DNA of 64,000 bases from Gemmatimonadota bacterium (GCA_035524965.1 DATLFH010000019.1:5753-69752); one strand, 5' to 3'. Counted from the stretch's first letter, positions 35,953-46,251 are shown. The notes: generated by a model not told the origin, from the sequence alone. Numbers and translations are program-made.

Positions 35953-37079
35953 TGAGCGACCCGCTCGCCGTCTTCCATTGCGACGCGCGCACGATCTGGG
36001 CCGGAGGGCAGAACCAGCTCCTGCTCCTCGCCCTCGGACTTCGGCAGCGCGGCCACCGGCAGTGGATCGTGACTCCGCCCGGGAGCCCGCTCGCCGGACG
36101 GGCAGGGGATGAAGGGCTGGACCTCCTGCCTCAGCCCTATCGGGGCGAGGCCGATCCGCGCGCAACGTGGAGGCTCGCGAGACTGATCCGCAGGCATCGC
36201 CCCGACCTGGTCCACGCGCACGACCCTCACAGCCTGGCGCCGGCGGCCCTCGCCGCTCGGCTGGTCGGGCTTCCGCCGCGCGGCATTCGGCCGCGCGTGA
36301 TCGGCCACCGCCGGGTCGACTTCCACATCCGGCCGCACCGCGTCTCGCGCTGGAAGTATGCGCGTGGACCCGACCGCCTGATCGCCGTCAGCGAGCGGGT
36401 CCGGGAAGTCCTCCTCGAGAACGGCGTTCCATCCGGGCGCATCACGGTGATCCACGATGGGATCGACCTCGAGGCGCAGCCCCCGCCGTCGGGGCCTTCG
36501 CTCAGGGCCCGGATCGGCGCCGGCCCGGAGATTCCGCTCGTCCTGACGATCGCCTCGGCCGTCGGGTACAAGGACCATCCGACCCTGATCGAGGCGGCCG
36601 CGTCGCTGCGTGGACGCGAGCCGATGACGCGATGGGTCGTCCTCGGCGAGGGGGGCCTCCTGGAAGAGATGCGCGCGCGAGTCCGATCGCGCGGCCTGGA
36701 GGGGCGTGTCCACTATCTGGGCTTCCATCCGGGTGCGCGAGGCTTCCTGCCCGAGGCCGACGTCTTCGTCCTGTCGAGTCGAACCGAAGGGCTGGGGACG
36801 AGCGTGCTGGACGCGATGGCGGCCGGCGTGCCGGTCGCCGCCACGGCGGGCGGCGGTATCCCCGAGATGGTCGAGCACGAGGTCACCGGACTTCTCGCGC
36901 CGGTGGGGGACGGCGACGCGCTCGCGGGCCACGTCGATCGGCTGCTCGACGAGCGCGGTCTCGCCCGCCGGCTCGCGGACCGCGCGCGGGAGCGCGTCCG
37001 CGACTTCGACATCGCGCGTACGGTCGAGCGGACCGAGCGGCTCTACCGCGAGGTCCTCGCCGGCCATCCGTATGATTAG
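35952..37079 (+). CDS. glycosyltransferase family 4
   Basis: The C-terminal half matches the GT4 sequence pattern. Confidence 0.8.
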   Translation: MSDPLAVFHCDARTIWAGGQNQLLLLALGLRQRGHRQWIVTPPGSPLAGRAGDEGLDLLPQPYRGEADPRATWRLARLIRRHRPDLVHAHDPHSLAPAALAARLVGLPPRGIRPRVIGHRRVDFHIRPHRVSRWKYARGPDRLIAVSERVREVLLENGVPSGRITVIHDGIDLEAQPPPSGPSLRARIGAGPEIPLVLTIASAVGYKDHPTLIEAAASLRGREPMTRWVVLGEGGLLEEMRARVRSRGLEGRVHYLGFHPGARGFLPEADVFVLSSRTEGLGTSVLDAMAAGVPVAATAGGGIPEMVEHEVTGLLAPVGDGDALAGHVDRLLDERGLARRLADRARERVRDFDIARTVERTERLYREVLAGHPYD

Positions 37080-37147
37080 GCTGCCCATCATGGGCCGCTT
37101 TCCAGCGAACGACTTTCGTTCCAACGATCCGGAGGAGAGGAGAGGAC

Positions 37148-37534
37148 ATGGCTGACGTCACCCTGAAGAAGATCGACGAGCTCGAGGGCTATGAGGGCCC
37201 GGGTGGGCCGTCGGGTGCGTTCCTGTACGCCGGCAAGAATCTCGGCGTGACGGCGTGGGGCATGAACGTTCTGAGGCTGCCGCCCAACTGGTCGGAGTAC
37301 CCTGAGCACGATCACACGGCAGACGGCCAGGAGGAGGTTTATGTCGTGCTGGAGGGTAGCGCGAAGCTCGAGGCGGGTGGCGAAAGCTGGCCACTCGAGC
37401 CGGGCATGCTGGTCCGCGTCGGTCCTGGCGAGAAACGGGCGATCGCGCCCGGCGAAGATGGCGTCACGCTGCTGGCTCTGGGGGGCACGCCCGGCAGGGC
37501 CTACGAGCCGCCGTCCTGGATGCAAGTTTCATGA
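37148..37534 (+). CDS. cupin domain protein
   Basis: Single cupin barrel (HDHTADGQEEVYVVLEG). Confidence 0.7.
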   Translation: MADVTLKKIDELEGYEGPGGPSGAFLYAGKNLGVTAWGMNVLRLPPNWSEYPEHDHTADGQEEVYVVLEGSAKLEAGGESWPLEPGMLVRVGPGEKRAIAPGEDGVTLLALGGTPGRAYEPPSWMQVS

Positions 37535-38046
37535 GACGGGTTCGCTATTCGGTAGCAATGAGCCTCGACGGCTTCATCGCAGGCCCTCAGGGCGAAAGCG
37601 ACTGGATTGTCATGGATCCGGACATCGATTTCCGTGCCCTGTTCAAAGAGTTCGACACCGTCCTATTGGGTCGGAAGACTTACGAAGCAATGCACCTGCA
37701 AGGCGGTGGCGGCGGGATGTCCGGCATGCAGGCCTACGTCTTTTCGCGCACCCTTCGCCAGAACGACTGTTCCGATGTGAAGGTTTCGGACAAGCTGGAA
37801 GAAACGTTGGCTGTCCTCAAGGCAAGCTCGGGGAAAGACATCTGGTTGTTTGGCGGCGGCTCCCTTTTCCGCAGCCTGCTGGATCTCAGGATGGTGGACG
37901 CGGTTGAGGTGGCGATCGTACCGGTGCTTCTCGGGGGTGGGATATCTCTCCTACCTCATCCAGCCAAGCTGGCCAGGCTTCGGCTGACGAAGCACCGGGT
38001 CTACGAGAAGACGGGCACGATTGCGCTCGAGTACGCAATGACGTGA
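37531..38046 (+). CDS. dihydrofolate-reductase-like (RibD C-terminal domain) protein
   Basis: YSVAMSLDGFIAGP...LLGRKTYE motif. GC is noticeably lower than the flanks. Confidence 0.75.
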   Translation: MRRVRYSVAMSLDGFIAGPQGESDWIVMDPDIDFRALFKEFDTVLLGRKTYEAMHLQGGGGGMSGMQAYVFSRTLRQNDCSDVKVSDKLEETLAVLKASSGKDIWLFGGGSLFRSLLDLRMVDAVEVAIVPVLLGGGISLLPHPAKLARLRLTKHRVYEKTGTIALEYAMT

Positions 38047-38729
38047 GAGGCTGCTTCGGCGAGCGTGGACCTGCAATGACAGACGATCACAGGTGTCGTG
38101 ACCAGGCCGCGTGGGAGCGTATCTTCGCGGCGATCCCCGCGGACTGGTATAGCGCGCCGCCCTCGGATGCGATGAACCAGTGCAGGGCTTACTTCGCGGC
38201 CAATTCCTGCCAGCGACTCCTCGATCTCGGGTGCGGCTTCGGCCGCTGGGCACAGTATCTGACGGGCCACGGCACGAAGGAGGTGGTCGGGATCGACTAC
38301 GCCGAGCACGGGATTCGAGCTGCGGTCGCCTGGGCCCGCAGGGAAGGTTTCAACGGAAAGTTCGTTGTCGCCTCCGTTGCCGAGCTCCCCTTCCATGGTC
38401 AGCGGTTTGACGGTGTGCTCGCGGCGGTGCTCCTCGACAACTTGACCCGAGCGGATTGCGCGCGTGTGGTGCGGGAGGTCAACGCTGTCGCGCGACGCGG
38501 CGCGCGTGGATTCTTCGTGTTCAATCCGCGTCTCACGCCAGCCGAACTTGCGGCCGCGTCGGACGACAACCCGACGAAGGATTGCACGCACGTCGTATAC
38601 GAGGATGAGGAGTTGACCGGCTGCTTGCCGGGTTGGACCGTAACGCGAGTCGGGCCGACCGCGGAACGATTTCGAGTGGTCGAAGCAACCTATCAACCCA
38701 CGAGCAACCTTCACGGCATGCCATCCTGA
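38043..38729 (+). CDS. class I SAM-dependent methyltransferase
   Basis: Motif I LLDLGCGFGRW. The start could be the internal MTDDH at 38076. Confidence 0.75.
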   Translation: MRGCFGERGPAMTDDHRCRDQAAWERIFAAIPADWYSAPPSDAMNQCRAYFAANSCQRLLDLGCGFGRWAQYLTGHGTKEVVGIDYAEHGIRAAVAWARREGFNGKFVVASVAELPFHGQRFDGVLAAVLLDNLTRADCARVVREVNAVARRGARGFFVFNPRLTPAELAAASDDNPTKDCTHVVYEDEELTGCLPGWTVTRVGPTAERFRVVEATYQPTSNLHGMPS

Positions 38730-38743
38730 GATTAGGGGAGCTG

Positions 38744-39310
38744 ATGACGACACATGTTCGTGTCTTATGCCGCGCGCTGGTTCCATGCTGTGCGCTGATT
38801 CTGGCAGCGGGATGGGCGACGATCGCGGAGGCCCAGGAGGGCTCCCCGCAGTACCCGCTGCCCACCGACGTCGAGAGCCTCGACGGGATCATCCGGGCTT
38901 ATTACGAGGTCGTGTCCGGGCCGGCGGGTAAGTCTGCGGACCGCGCTCGCGACGAGTCCCTGCACGCTCCGGGAGCTCGCATCGGAATCAGCGGCGTGGA
39001 CCCGGACGGCAAGCCCACCCTCCAGATGATGACCCTCGGCGAATACCATGATCGCTTCGGCGGGCCACGCGCGAATCCGTTCTACGAGTGGGAGATTCAC
39101 CGGGTGACGCAGCGATTTGGCAATATCGCGCACGTGTGGAGCACGTACGCTATCAGCGATACGCCGGGCGGCGCGTCTACGGGGAGAGGAATCAACAGCA
39201 TTCAGCTCTACTTCGATGGCGCGCGATGGTGGATTACCGGCTGGGTGTTCGATTCCGAGCGGGCGGGGAATCCCATTCCCCGGCAGTTTCTGCCGACCGG
39301 CCCCGGTTAG
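38744..39310 (+). CDS. secreted NTF2-like/SnoaL-like fold protein (paralog of 49219..49782)
   Basis: AGGGGAG RBS before the ATG, then a signal peptide. Shares DVESLDGII.AYY.VVSGPAG, QRFGNIA and RGINSI.L..DG.RWW with the other copy. Confidence 0.65.
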   Translation: MTTHVRVLCRALVPCCALILAAGWATIAEAQEGSPQYPLPTDVESLDGIIRAYYEVVSGPAGKSADRARDESLHAPGARIGISGVDPDGKPTLQMMTLGEYHDRFGGPRANPFYEWEIHRVTQRFGNIAHVWSTYAISDTPGGASTGRGINSIQLYFDGARWWITGWVFDSERAGNPIPRQFLPTGPG

Positions 39311-39349
39311 GCGCCGGTCGCCGAGGAAGAGCCCCGCGCTGGAAACCGG

Positions 39350-39568
39350 CTAGCCGGAGGTGGGGGTCATCTCCGCGTTGTCGCAATGGAAGCCCGCTGT
39401 GGAGTGGGTCCCGTCGCAGAAGGGCTTGGTACCGGAGTCCCCGCAGCGGCAGAGCCACGTCTCCCCCTGCGCCTCGAGCTTCGTCCCATCGCTCAAAACG
39501 ATCTTGAAGGTCCCGCGAACGTAATAGGGGCCGTTCTCCTGGGGCGTGATCACGACGTCGTCCGTCAT
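39350..39568 (-). CDS. CDGSH-type iron-sulfur domain protein
   Basis: CRCGDSGTKPFCDGTH motif. Confidence 0.8.
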   Translation of the reverse strand: MTDDVVITPQENGPYYVRGTFKIVLSDGTKLEAQGETWLCRCGDSGTKPFCDGTHSTAGFHCDNAEMTPTSG

Positions 39569-39733
39569 CCGGAACCTCCTGTGTAATGGTGTAGCGGGCC
39601 TTGCCGGGCGGTATCAACCGGCGGCTGCGTTTCCATTCGCGGATCGGTTCTCCAGGCACATCGCGACCTCGCCCCCGAAGAGGATCGTCACGGGCTTCCT
39701 CGAGGATCTCCCAGACCGCTTCGAGGAAGCCCC

Positions 39734-40312
39734 TCAAGCGTCCGGTCGGTGGCGCCGGGTCCAGGCAACCAACGCACCGAGAAGCCGGCCGACGAACTCC
39801 CGCGTCTTCTCGTCGGTGAGGTTGCCGTCCGCGTCGAACTTCTCGGCCGCGCCGGCGACCAGCACCTCCGGCTTCAGCAAGGCGGGCGTGCCGGTGAAGA
39901 CGAACGCCTGCCGGAGCTGGAGCTGGCTGCGGGCGGTTCCGGTGCGGCCCGGCGTCGCGCCCATGATCGCCGCCGGCTTGCCGGCCAGCGGTGAACCGTC
40001 CGGCGGGCGGGACGCCCAGTCGATCGCGTTCTTGAGGACACCCGGCACCCCGTAGTTGTACTCGGGGGTTACGATCAGGATCGCGTCCGCCTCGCGGATC
40101 CGGCGCTTGAAATCGGCCACCGGTGCGGGATCTCCCTCGGCCTCGATGTCGGCGTTGTAGAGCGGAATCGGCGCGAGATCGAACGTGTCGATCGTCATCC
40201 CCTCGGGCGCGATCTCGACCGCGGCGCGAAGGAGCGCCCGGTTGAACGAGCCCCGGCGCAGGCTCCCGGCGAAACCGAGGATTCGGAGGTCATCGTTGAT
40301 CGACTCGGACAC
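39734..40312 (-). CDS. NADPH-dependent FMN reductase
   Basis: ILGFAGSLRRGSFN...TPEYNYGVPGVLKNAIDW motif. Confidence 0.85.
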   Translation of the reverse strand: MSESINDDLRILGFAGSLRRGSFNRALLRAAVEIAPEGMTIDTFDLAPIPLYNADIEAEGDPAPVADFKRRIREADAILIVTPEYNYGVPGVLKNAIDWASRPPDGSPLAGKPAAIMGATPGRTGTARSQLQLRQAFVFTGTPALLKPEVLVAGAAEKFDADGNLTDEKTREFVGRLLGALVAWTRRHRPDA

Positions 40313-40450
40313 CGGGTTACCTTATGGGTGCAGCGTGGGTGCGGCAACCTGCGGCGCTGAACCGGGCCGCGAATATTCGGCTCGAGAAGCTCGTTGTTGC
40401 CGGCACTCGCGCCTCGATCCCCAGCAAGGAACCCTCGGGAGAACCGGCGG

Positions 40451-41662
40451 ATGATGACCACCGGAAGACGGATGGCGATTCTGGGCGGCGGCCCGGTCGG
40501 CCTCGAGTGCCTCCTCCGGGCGGTGCGGGAGGGTTGGGAGGCGACCCTTTTCGAGCGCGGGCGGGTGGGCGAGAACGTCCGCGGTTGGGGCCACGTGCGG
40601 ATGTTCTCCCCGCTCGAGATGAACCTCTCCGAAGCCGCCCGCGCCGTCGCCCGGGACACCTGCGCCTGGACGCCCGGTTCCGAGGAGCTCCTGACCGGGA
40701 ACGAGTACGTGGCCCGCCATCTGGAGCCGCTCGCCGGATCCCGCGAGCTCGCCGGGCGCGTGAGGACCGGCACCGAGGTCCTCGCCGTCTCACGCGGAGG
40801 CTTGAGGAAGGGGGACGAGATCGCGACGCCGGCCCGCGGCCGCCGGCCCTTCTGGATCCTCGTGCGGGACGACCGCGGAGAGCGGGTCGAGTCGGCCGAG
40901 ATCGTCATCGACGCGACCGGCACGTTCGGCAGCCCCAACTGGCTCGGTCCCGGTGGGATCCCCGCCATCGGCGAGACCCTCGCCGCGACGGCGATCGAGT
41001 ACCGCCTGCCCGACATTACCGGCAGCGACCGCGATCGCTTCGCCGGGCGCCATACGGCAGTGATCGGGGCGGGACACTCGGCGGCGACCGCCATCGGCTG
41101 GTTGGGCGAGGTGGCGGCCGCGTGGGCCGGGACGACCGTGACCTGGGTGACGCGTTCCTCCGATAAGCAACCGGTCGCCGAGATCGCAGGCGATCCCCTG
41201 CCGGAGCGGGAACGGGTGACACGCCTGGCCAACGACGCGGCCGGCCGCGCCCCCGGCTGGCTCGAGCGCGAGGTGGGCGCGAGCGTGCTCGCGGTCTCCG
41301 GTGACGGCGGCCGACATCGGCTGCGGGTCGCCAACGGCGGAAACCCGCGCGAGCTCGTGGCCGACCGTGTCCTGGCGCTGGTCGGCTACCGGCCGGACCT
41401 CGGGCTCGCCCGCGAGCTGCAGGTCCAGACCTGCTGGGCGACCGAGGGCACCTACCCGCTCGCGGCTGCGCTCCTTTCGCAAACCGGCGGAACGGCCGAC
41501 TGCCTGACGGCCGGGGCGAACCTGGACGCGGCCACCCTCAAGCACCCGGAAGGCGGGTTCTACACGCTCGGGATGAAGAGCTACGGGCGAAACCCGAACT
41601 TCCTGATCCGCGCCGGCCTCAAGCAAATCGATGATCTTTTCGCGCTTTTGGGATCCGCCTGA
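40451..41662 (+). CDS. FAD/NAD(P)-binding oxidoreductase (flavin monooxygenase-like)
   Basis: GxGxxG motifs at MAILGGGPVGLE and AVIGAGHSAA. The upstream part of the ORF is junk. Confidence 0.65.
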   Translation: MMTTGRRMAILGGGPVGLECLLRAVREGWEATLFERGRVGENVRGWGHVRMFSPLEMNLSEAARAVARDTCAWTPGSEELLTGNEYVARHLEPLAGSRELAGRVRTGTEVLAVSRGGLRKGDEIATPARGRRPFWILVRDDRGERVESAEIVIDATGTFGSPNWLGPGGIPAIGETLAATAIEYRLPDITGSDRDRFAGRHTAVIGAGHSAATAIGWLGEVAAAWAGTTVTWVTRSSDKQPVAEIAGDPLPERERVTRLANDAAGRAPGWLEREVGASVLAVSGDGGRHRLRVANGGNPRELVADRVLALVGYRPDLGLARELQVQTCWATEGTYPLAAALLSQTGGTADCLTAGANLDAATLKHPEGGFYTLGMKSYGRNPNFLIRAGLKQIDDLFALLGSA

Positions 41663-41674
41663 TGGAGAAGCGAG

Positions 41675-42859
41675 CTACTGCGGTACGATCTTGAAGACGC
41701 CGCCCTCGGCGGTCAGGATGTACAGCTCTCCATCGGAGTCTTCCCCGAACGAAGTCACGCTGGATTGGGGCGGCTCGATCTCGGACCACCGGCGCGGGTC
41801 GGTCGCCTCTCCGCCGGACAACCGGAAGCTGCGCACGAATCCGCTGCAGAAATCGGAGTAGAAGTAAAGTCCTTCAAGCGAGGGAAGCGCGTCACCCCGG
41901 TAGACGTGGCCGCCGGTCACCGAGCAGCCCTGGTCGTGCGAATATTCGAGGACCGGCAGCGTCAGCCCCTCCGTATCGCAATCTTCCCGCGGCTCGAAGC
42001 AGCGCGACCCTTCCATCACGTTCCACCCGTAGTTGAGTCCTCCGCCGGCTCCGTCGACGGCGTTGATCTCCTCGATCGCGTTCTGTCCGACGTCGGCGAT
42101 GTAGAGGTCGCCGATCTCGCGATCGAAGGCGAAGCGCCACGGGTTGCGGAGACCGTAGGCCCAGATCTCGCCGCGGGCGCCGGCCTGGTTGACGAACGGG
42201 TTATCCGGCGGGACGGCGTACGGCTCCACGCCGTCGATGTCGAGCCGCAGGATCGAGCCCAGGAGCGTCCCCAGGTTCTGGCCGTGACCTTGCGGATCGC
42301 CGCCCGAGCCGCCGTCCCCCAGACCGACGTACAACATCCCGTCCGGACCGAAGACGATGAGCCCCCCATTGTGGTTGCTGAACGGCTGGGCGACGGTCAG
42401 GATCGTTCGGACCGGCGCGGCGTCCGCGCGATTCGGATCGCCGGACACCCGGTACTCGACCACCCGCGTGTCGCCGGCCGTGTCCGTGTAATCGACGAAG
42501 AACCGGCCGCTGGAGGCGAAGTCCGGATGCAATGCGATCGAGAGGAGCCCCTGCTCGCTGCCCCTCGAGACGAGCGCGGTCACATCGAGGAAGGGATCCG
42601 GCAACACCTGGCCGTTCTCGACGACGAGGACCCGGCCCCCCTTCTCGACTACGAAGAGGCGCGGATCTCCCTCCGGTGCGGTCAGGTGGACCGGGAAGTC
42701 GAGCCCGGTCGCGATCGGGCGGAGAGTAGGCCGGGAGTTCCCGCCGTTCGGATCGGGGTCCGGATCCGGCCCCGACTGATTGACCTGGCCATTGGCACAC
42801 GCAATCCCGAAGGCCAGCACCGGGACGAACCCGAGGCGTAGTTGGTGGAAGGCGCGCAT
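41675..42859 (-). CDS. PQQ-dependent sugar dehydrogenase (soluble glucose/sorbosone dehydrogenase family), lipoprotein
   Basis: Lipobox, then beta-propeller motifs (HNGG, GDGG, YGLRNPWRF). Confidence 0.75.
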   Translation of the reverse strand: MRAFHQLRLGFVPVLAFGIACANGQVNQSGPDPDPDPNGGNSRPTLRPIATGLDFPVHLTAPEGDPRLFVVEKGGRVLVVENGQVLPDPFLDVTALVSRGSEQGLLSIALHPDFASSGRFFVDYTDTAGDTRVVEYRVSGDPNRADAAPVRTILTVAQPFSNHNGGLIVFGPDGMLYVGLGDGGSGGDPQGHGQNLGTLLGSILRLDIDGVEPYAVPPDNPFVNQAGARGEIWAYGLRNPWRFAFDREIGDLYIADVGQNAIEEINAVDGAGGGLNYGWNVMEGSRCFEPREDCDTEGLTLPVLEYSHDQGCSVTGGHVYRGDALPSLEGLYFYSDFCSGFVRSFRLSGGEATDPRRWSEIEPPQSSVTSFGEDSDGELYILTAEGGVFKIVPQ

Positions 42860-42880
42860 GGGCGACGATTATAGGGACTG

Positions 42881-44194
42881 ATGAAGGACTCGACACGCAT
42901 CCAGCGATTGTGGCCGCTCGTCCTGCTCGCGTCCATCGTGGCAGCGTGCTCGGCCGGCGAACCGCGCGAAGGCTCGGCGGGCGAGACCTCGCCGGCTGCG
43001 GCGCAGGCAGACAAGGGTGCGGAGGACGGAGGAGAGGACATGAGCCCCGCCCGGTTCCTGTTCGCCTGGGCGGGCGACGTCGATCGGCGAGATGGCGACT
43101 TCCTGGCGGTTCTCGACGCGGACCCGGCGAGCGACGGCTACGGCCGGATCGTGGCGACCGTGCCGGTCGACCAGGCGGGAACCCATCCCCATCACACCGA
43201 GCACCGAATGCCCGAGAGCCGGCATCTGTTCGCGAACGGGTTCATGGCCGGGCGCACGTTCCTCTTCGACCTCGCCGATCCCGAAGCACCGAGAGTCATC
43301 GGTTCCTTCGAGGAGGCGGCCGGGTACACGTTTCCGCACAGCTATGAGCGGCTACCCGGCGGCAACGTGCTGGCGACGTTCCAAGGGCGGAGCGCCCGGA
43401 ACGTCGACCCGGGCGGCCTGGTCGAGCTGACCGACGAGGGCGAGGTCGTACGGGCGGCGAGCGCCGCAGACCCGCGAGCGGCCGGCGCTCTCATCCGGCC
43501 CTACAGCCTGGCGATCGTGCCCGCACTGGACCGCGTCGTGACGACGAGCTACGACATGGGCGAGGACATGGGGTTCCAGGGCGGCCGTCGCGGCCGGACG
43601 GAGATCGTGCAGGTCTGGCGGCTCTCGGATCTATCCGTGCTGGCGACGATCGTCCTCCCGCCCGGACCGCGGGGCGGCGAGGGGGAGCAACCGGGTGAGC
43701 CCCGCGTGCTGTTCGACGGACGCACCGTGCTGGTCGCGACGTTCGCCTGCGGGCTCTACCGGATCACGGGACTCGAAGGCGACCGGCCGGGCGCCGAGTT
43801 CGTCCACGGGTTCGACGGCGGCGGATGCGCGGTGCCGGTCGTCCACGGCGATCTGTGGATCCAGTCGGTCCCAAGCGCGCACGCGGTCGTCGCGCTCGAC
43901 GTATCGGACCCGGCCCGGCCACGCGAGGTCTCGCGGGTCACGCTGGGTGGCCGGAACTACCCGCACTGGCTGGCCCTCGACCCGGCCGGTGGACGGATCG
44001 TCGTCGCCGATCGGGGCGACGGCGAGCGGCGGCTGTTCGTATTGACGCTCGACCCCGGAACGGGAAGCCTCGCGCTCGACGAGCGCTTCCGCGACCCCGG
44101 CTCCGACCGGCCGGGCGTCACGTTCGATCGCGAGTTGTGGCCGCACGGGAATACGGGGGCCGCGCGTCCGCATGGAGCCGTCTTCGGGCACTGA
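42881..44194 (+). CDS. selenium-binding-protein (SBP56)-like lipoprotein
   Basis: Lipobox (LASIVAACS). HH-containing segments; the similarity to the SBP56 family is weak. Confidence 0.5.
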   Translation: MKDSTRIQRLWPLVLLASIVAACSAGEPREGSAGETSPAAAQADKGAEDGGEDMSPARFLFAWAGDVDRRDGDFLAVLDADPASDGYGRIVATVPVDQAGTHPHHTEHRMPESRHLFANGFMAGRTFLFDLADPEAPRVIGSFEEAAGYTFPHSYERLPGGNVLATFQGRSARNVDPGGLVELTDEGEVVRAASAADPRAAGALIRPYSLAIVPALDRVVTTSYDMGEDMGFQGGRRGRTEIVQVWRLSDLSVLATIVLPPGPRGGEGEQPGEPRVLFDGRTVLVATFACGLYRITGLEGDRPGAEFVHGFDGGGCAVPVVHGDLWIQSVPSAHAVVALDVSDPARPREVSRVTLGGRNYPHWLALDPAGGRIVVADRGDGERRLFVLTLDPGTGSLALDERFRDPGSDRPGVTFDRELWPHGNTGAARPHGAVFGH

Positions 44195-44246
44195 TATGGA
44201 AGGGCCGATTCGGGCTGGCGATCCAGGGCTCGAAACAGGGCTCGAA

Positions 44247-45137
44247 TCAGGTGCTGCAGACGGCGTACGCCGTGACGTTCAGCCGCCGGCCGACGTTGAG
44301 GGACACGTCCTCCACGACTCCGACCGCCGTCCAGGTCGTCGCATCGCTCGGGTACGACTGGGTCAGGACCGCCCTCTCGGGGAAGACGCCGTCGCTCACT
44401 TCCGCGCGGCCGCCACCACCGAGAAGGACGCCCGACGTACACGACGCCGTGGCGGTCACCGTCGTTCCCTTGGCCGCGTTCGGGAGCGATTGCTGAGTCG
44501 CGCCGACCACGGCCGTGCTTCCGGTAGGACCGGCCGGACCCTGGGGACCTTCCGGACCCTGTAGCCCCGCCGGACCCTGTAGCCCCTCCGGACCCTGCAA
44601 CCCCTCCGGACCCTGCAGCCCCTGCGGACCCGCCGGGCCCTCCGGACCCGCTGGACCTTCCGGACCCTGCAGCCCCTCCGGACCCGCTGGACCGCCCGGA
44701 CCCGCTGGACCTTCCGCGCCCTGCGGACCCCCGGGACCCGCCGGACCTTCCGGACCCTGCAGCCCTTGTGAACCCTCGGGACCCGCCGGACCCTCTGCAC
44801 CTTGAGGGCCTTCGGGACCCTGCGGGCCGGCCGGGCCCTGCGGACCCGGCGGACCCTCCGGACCCGGCGGACCTTCGGTGGGCAAACCGTCGGTCTCCTC
44901 CAAGCCGGTCCCTGAATTCCACGAGAAAGCGACATGGCCGGGAAGGCACTCGGCGAACAACCCCGGAAGAGCGACCCGATAGACGAGGCCCCCGGGCGCG
45001 TTGTAACAGGCCTGGACGACCTGGACTACGGGCGCTTCCTGGCCGCGAAGCGAACCCGGCCCGAAGAGTCCGCCGTAGGCGATCGCCAGGCCAGCCGCCC
45101 GAAGCCAGCCTCGCCGCGTGAGATCATAAACGGACAT
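44247..45137 (-). CDS. bacterial collagen-like triple-helix repeat protein with twin-arginine signal
   Basis: [12 protein letters not shown] Tat-like signal. About 41 consecutive Gly-X-Y triplets ([18 protein letters not shown]...). Globular N- and C-terminal domains. Confidence 0.8.
   Translation of the reverse strand: MSVYDLTRRGWLRAAGLAIAYGGLFGPGSLRGQEAPVVQVVQACYNAPGGLVYRVALPGLFAECLPGHVAFSWNSGTGLEETDGLPTEGPPGPEGPPGPQGPAGPQGPEGPQGAEGPAGPEGSQGLQGPEGPAGPGGPQGAEGPAGPGGPAGPEGLQGPEGPAGPEGPAGPQGLQGPEGLQGPEGLQGPAGLQGPEGPQGPAGPTGSTAVVGATQQSLPNAAKGTTVTATASCTSGVLLGGGGRAEVSDGVFPERAVLTQSYPSDATTWTAVGVVEDVSLNVGRRLNVTAYAVCST
44520..44888 (-). repeat. coding tandem repeat (9-nt GGN CCN GNN periodicity) encoding the collagen-like Gly-X-Y region
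   Basis: Direct reading shows degenerate ggaccctgcagcccctccggacc units. Confidence 0.8.
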
Positions 45138-45577
45138 CAGTCTCGCTCCTGATCGAGAAGGGGAAGAACGCTCGCCGTGCGGTTCGCCACCGCCCGTGAT
45201 TCAAATTCGTACAGGTAGATCGCATCCAGCGTGACGGTCTCGGCTACGGAAAAACCGCTTCTCTCTCGGTAGGAGCGGCTCGCGAGGTGCAGGTCGTCGA
45301 GCGCGCCCAGAAAGCCCGGTAGATCCCGATCCTCCAGCCGATCGGCGAGGTGCCGCGTCACCCGATGGATCGGTTCGGCCGCTGATTGATCGGCCAGCCC
45401 GGCCGCCTGGCCGGCAACCGATATCGGGTCGTAGAGAAGCCGCTCGAGGAGCTCGAAGCGGTTGTCGGACACGACATCCGTCGGCGCCGTCGGCCCCGGT
45501 CCCGCATCAAAACCGCACGCCATCCCGGTGACGAGCAAGAAGACGCCCGGCCGAAAGATTACAGAACGAACACGCAT
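45137..45577 (-). CDS. hypothetical lipoprotein
   Basis: [22 protein letters not shown] lipobox. Lies immediately upstream of the collagen-like gene with a 1-nt overlap. Confidence 0.5.
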   Translation of the reverse strand: MRVRSVIFRPGVFLLVTGMACGFDAGPGPTAPTDVVSDNRFELLERLLYDPISVAGQAAGLADQSAAEPIHRVTRHLADRLEDRDLPGFLGALDDLHLASRSYRERSGFSVAETVTLDAIYLYEFESRAVANRTASVLPLLDQERD

Positions 45578-45790
45578 CCGGCGCACACCCGATGGAGTCG
45601 GGGATAAGTCACTACGGCGTTCATGCTTGCGGCTTGATTGCAAGTGAGATGCCGGTCGCCCGACCGACCTACGACTGCTACGGATCGATGCAGCCGGTCA
45701 CGCGGTTCGAGCAGGGTTGCGGCGGAGTGGGTTTGGGAACGAAAGCTGCGTGGAACGGAATGAGCCTGGCGGAACCGAAGACCGAGCGCA

Positions 45791-45818
45791 GAAAGCCCGC
45801 GGTCACCCGCGGGCTTTC
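45791..45818 (-). terminator. GC-rich perfect hairpin (12-bp stem, 4-nt loop) 21 nt downstream of csbD
   Basis: gaaagcccgcgg tcac ccgcgggctttc. No U-tract, as is common at high GC. Confidence 0.5.
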
Positions 45819-45838
45819 CAGGAGATGCCCGTGGAGGA

Positions 45839-46045
45839 CTAGCGCTTGAGCTTCTTACCGGCCTCCTCGACCCTCTCACCGGTCTCGCGCTTCACCTCGC
45901 CGTACTTTTCCTGGATCCGTCCCTCGGTCCGCTTCGCCTGGCCCTCGGCCTCCCTGTCCCGGTCGCCGGTCCATTCTCCGGCCTTCTGCTCGACGGCTCC
46001 GCGCGCTTGTTTGGCTTTACCCTTGATCTCATCCTTGTTCGGCAT
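45839..46045 (-). CDS. csbD: CsbD family stress protein
   Basis: 68 aa with Lys/Glu-rich ...KGKAKQA.G...K.GE.TGD... repeats. Confidence 0.8.
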   Translation of the reverse strand: MPNKDEIKGKAKQARGAVEQKAGEWTGDRDREAEGQAKRTEGRIQEKYGEVKRETGERVEEAGKKLKR

Positions 46046-46251
46046 CGTGGCCTCCCCCTCGGGTAAGTATTTCTACTTTGACGGCAGTTTACCCACTGTC
46101 GGAGAAAGTCACCGTACTACGCCTTACAGGTGCGTCGCGGGCGCGGCATCCTCCGCCGGGCGCCCGGCGACCCGCCTAGCCGCGGTGATCGTGACGGGGA
46201 AGTCGCTGGTAGCATGCTCCTCTCCGGCATCGTAACGCTCCTCTCCTCGGA

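Noticed and set aside
44520-44888. Highly periodic repeats that could superficially resemble a repeat array
   Set aside because: The period is 9 nt, the repeats are in-frame coding for Gly-X-Y collagen-like triplets, and there is no spacer structure. This is not CRISPR.
45846-46235. Plus-strand 129-aa ORF over the csbD region
   Set aside because: It is antisense to the well-conserved csbD gene, and its translation is Ser/Pro-rich junk.
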